Below the pieces are notes generated by a model. That model was not told the DNA's origin and did no database searches. It saw nothing but the letters and a program-made list of their open reading frames with translations. This document shows, piece after piece, positions 62,298 through 64,000 of a stretch of DNA of 64,000 nt. Each line of letters starts with the position of its first letter. Position 1 is the stretch's first letter. The translations under genes and the position numbers were made by a program. The stretch lies in the NCBI GenBank assembly GCA_021613535.1, contig CP075494.1, positions 620,001 through 684,000 of the forward strand, written 5' to 3'. This stretch comes from Adineta vaga (taxonomy: Eukaryota; Animalia; Rotifera).

Positions 62298-64000
62298 ATG
62301 GACTTAACTTCCTATCGACGAGTTGCATCTTCGGCACTTAAAGTTTCCGGCAGATCGAAAGCTATAGCTTCATATGCTCAACAACGTATTTGGCTCCATG
62401 AGCAACTCTATTTTGATCGAATGTCTTCTTCACTAGCAATCTACAATATTCTTCTCCCATTAAGAATCAAATGTGGCTCGCTATCAGTAGAACATGTCCG
62501 ACTCGCTATACTTGCAGTGCTTGAAAAGCATAAAGTTCTTCGAACGGCTGTTCGTTTTAATGCGGAAACAAATCAACTCGAACAAGAAGTACAACCACTC
62601 AGCCATGATGCTTATTCGTTTGAACATACCCGAAATGTATGCTGTGCCGAACAACTGGATGCAATGCTCACGGCTGAAACAGTAACCAACTACTTTGATG
62701 TAGAAAAGGGCAAAGTATTGCGTTGTCATTTAATACGAATCAATGACGAGAATGAATCTGTAAATCTTCACTCAGGGGATCTTCTTCTATTCACTGTTCA
62801 CCATATTGCTTTCGATAATACTTCACTTCGATTATTTACTCTGGCCTTTGCCGAAGCATGCGGTCAATTAGAATCTGTACAGCCACCAAACAAATTACCA
62901 CAATATGTTGACTTCACTCTTTATGAACAATCTTTAGTGCAATCATCGAGTGCCGAACGAACACGCCAGTTCTGGACATTATTGCTTCAGGATTATGATT
63001 GGACTAAAACATTTATATTACCGGTTAACAGCTCACAGATCACAACAACTGTTCGCTCTGGACGTGGCTATTCAATCGCATTTAATCTGAATGCTGATTT
63101 AGTACAAGCACAGATGGCATTTGCTGCACTTCACAATATTTCTATGTTTCAACTATATCTCGCTTGCTATTACGTGTTTCTTTTCAAATTAAGTTCAGTA
63201 CAAGATCTGTGCGTTGCCGGTACGTTCAATAATCGTCCTTTGGCAGAAATGAAATCGATGATTGGAATGTTTGCAAATACGATACCCTATCGAATCAATA
63301 TTAATCCAGACGGTTCATTCCAAAAGTTGGCTGAACAAGTACAACATTTATGCTTGTCCATTCTTAATCATGCTTATCTACCATATCAACAAATTCTTGG
63401 TGTTCAAGCAAACGAAAGATACCCGATGCCCCAAACATTCTTTCACTATGAATCACTTGTGTCTTCCACTACATATAGTACCACAGCGGAGATTGCTACA
63501 AATGATAAGAACGGTACGGTTTTCGATATTTATTATGATCGAGACCGATCACATGGCAATGGTATTGCCTTATTCGATATGACACTGGCTGTATCACATG
63601 ATCATCATGGAAAAGCTACAGAGTGCTTTCTAGAATGCTCAGCTGATTTGTTCCCCAATGAAATATACGTCAAACAGATGGTCGATCGCTTCCAATGTAT
63701 GCTTGAACAATTGTTTTTGGATCAAACATTTAATATCACCACACAATCCATGAATCAATTATCTTTGCTTCGTCCATCAGAAGTCAATGAAATCGATTCA
63801 ACTATCTTCAAGCGACTACCTAACATCAACGAAGGTAAAACTGCGAATTTTCTCTACAAAAGACTCTTTAAATGATATTTTTCTTTCTCTATTAGGACCT
63901 GCTTCATTTGCACAAGCTCGTATCTGGCATGATGAACATGTCAGATTTGATCCCAATCAACCTCAAGTGGCCATCTACAATATGCCATTTCTATTTCATA
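62298..64000 (+). CDS. Non-ribosomal peptide synthetase, 5' part (two consecutive condensation domains; truncated by the window end)
   Basis: C1 ASYAQQRIW...HHIAFD...IGMFANT; intron 63835-63895; second C domain starts GPASFAQARIW...AIYNMPF. Confidence 0.9.

Overview
AT-rich eukaryotic DNA with short (about 50-60 nt) GT-AG introns. The gene content (NHL, F-box/LRR, ART-TPR, kelch, intron-bearing PKS and NRPS) and the TGTGGG/TGAGGG repeats point to a bdelloid rotifer; this taxon call is inferred, not proven. The window looks like an accessory, defence-flavoured region rich in horizontally acquired genes. It holds a PARP-like ADP-ribosyltransferase, F-box/LRR genes, a kelch protein, a mucin-stalk membrane protein, a MACPF-NHL fusion, an EF-hand/Pro-rich gene, a DED-TM-NHL gene and an ART-TPR gene. 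Most notable is a PLP-dependent alpha-oxoamine synthase resembling the bacterial quorum-sensing autoinducer synthases CqsA/LqsA. It lies about 8 kb upstream of a highly reducing type I PKS with a catalytically dead-looking TE, which is directly followed by an NRPS starting with two C domains. Non-coding structure includes a full-length mariner, a 2.1-kb foldback element with about 870-bp arms, two related minimal hammerhead ribozymes, MITE remnants, and at least 15 small dispersed hairpins with telomere-like arms. Several multidomain genes each carry a single in-frame stop or frameshift. All assignments were made by eye from motifs; no database searches were run.
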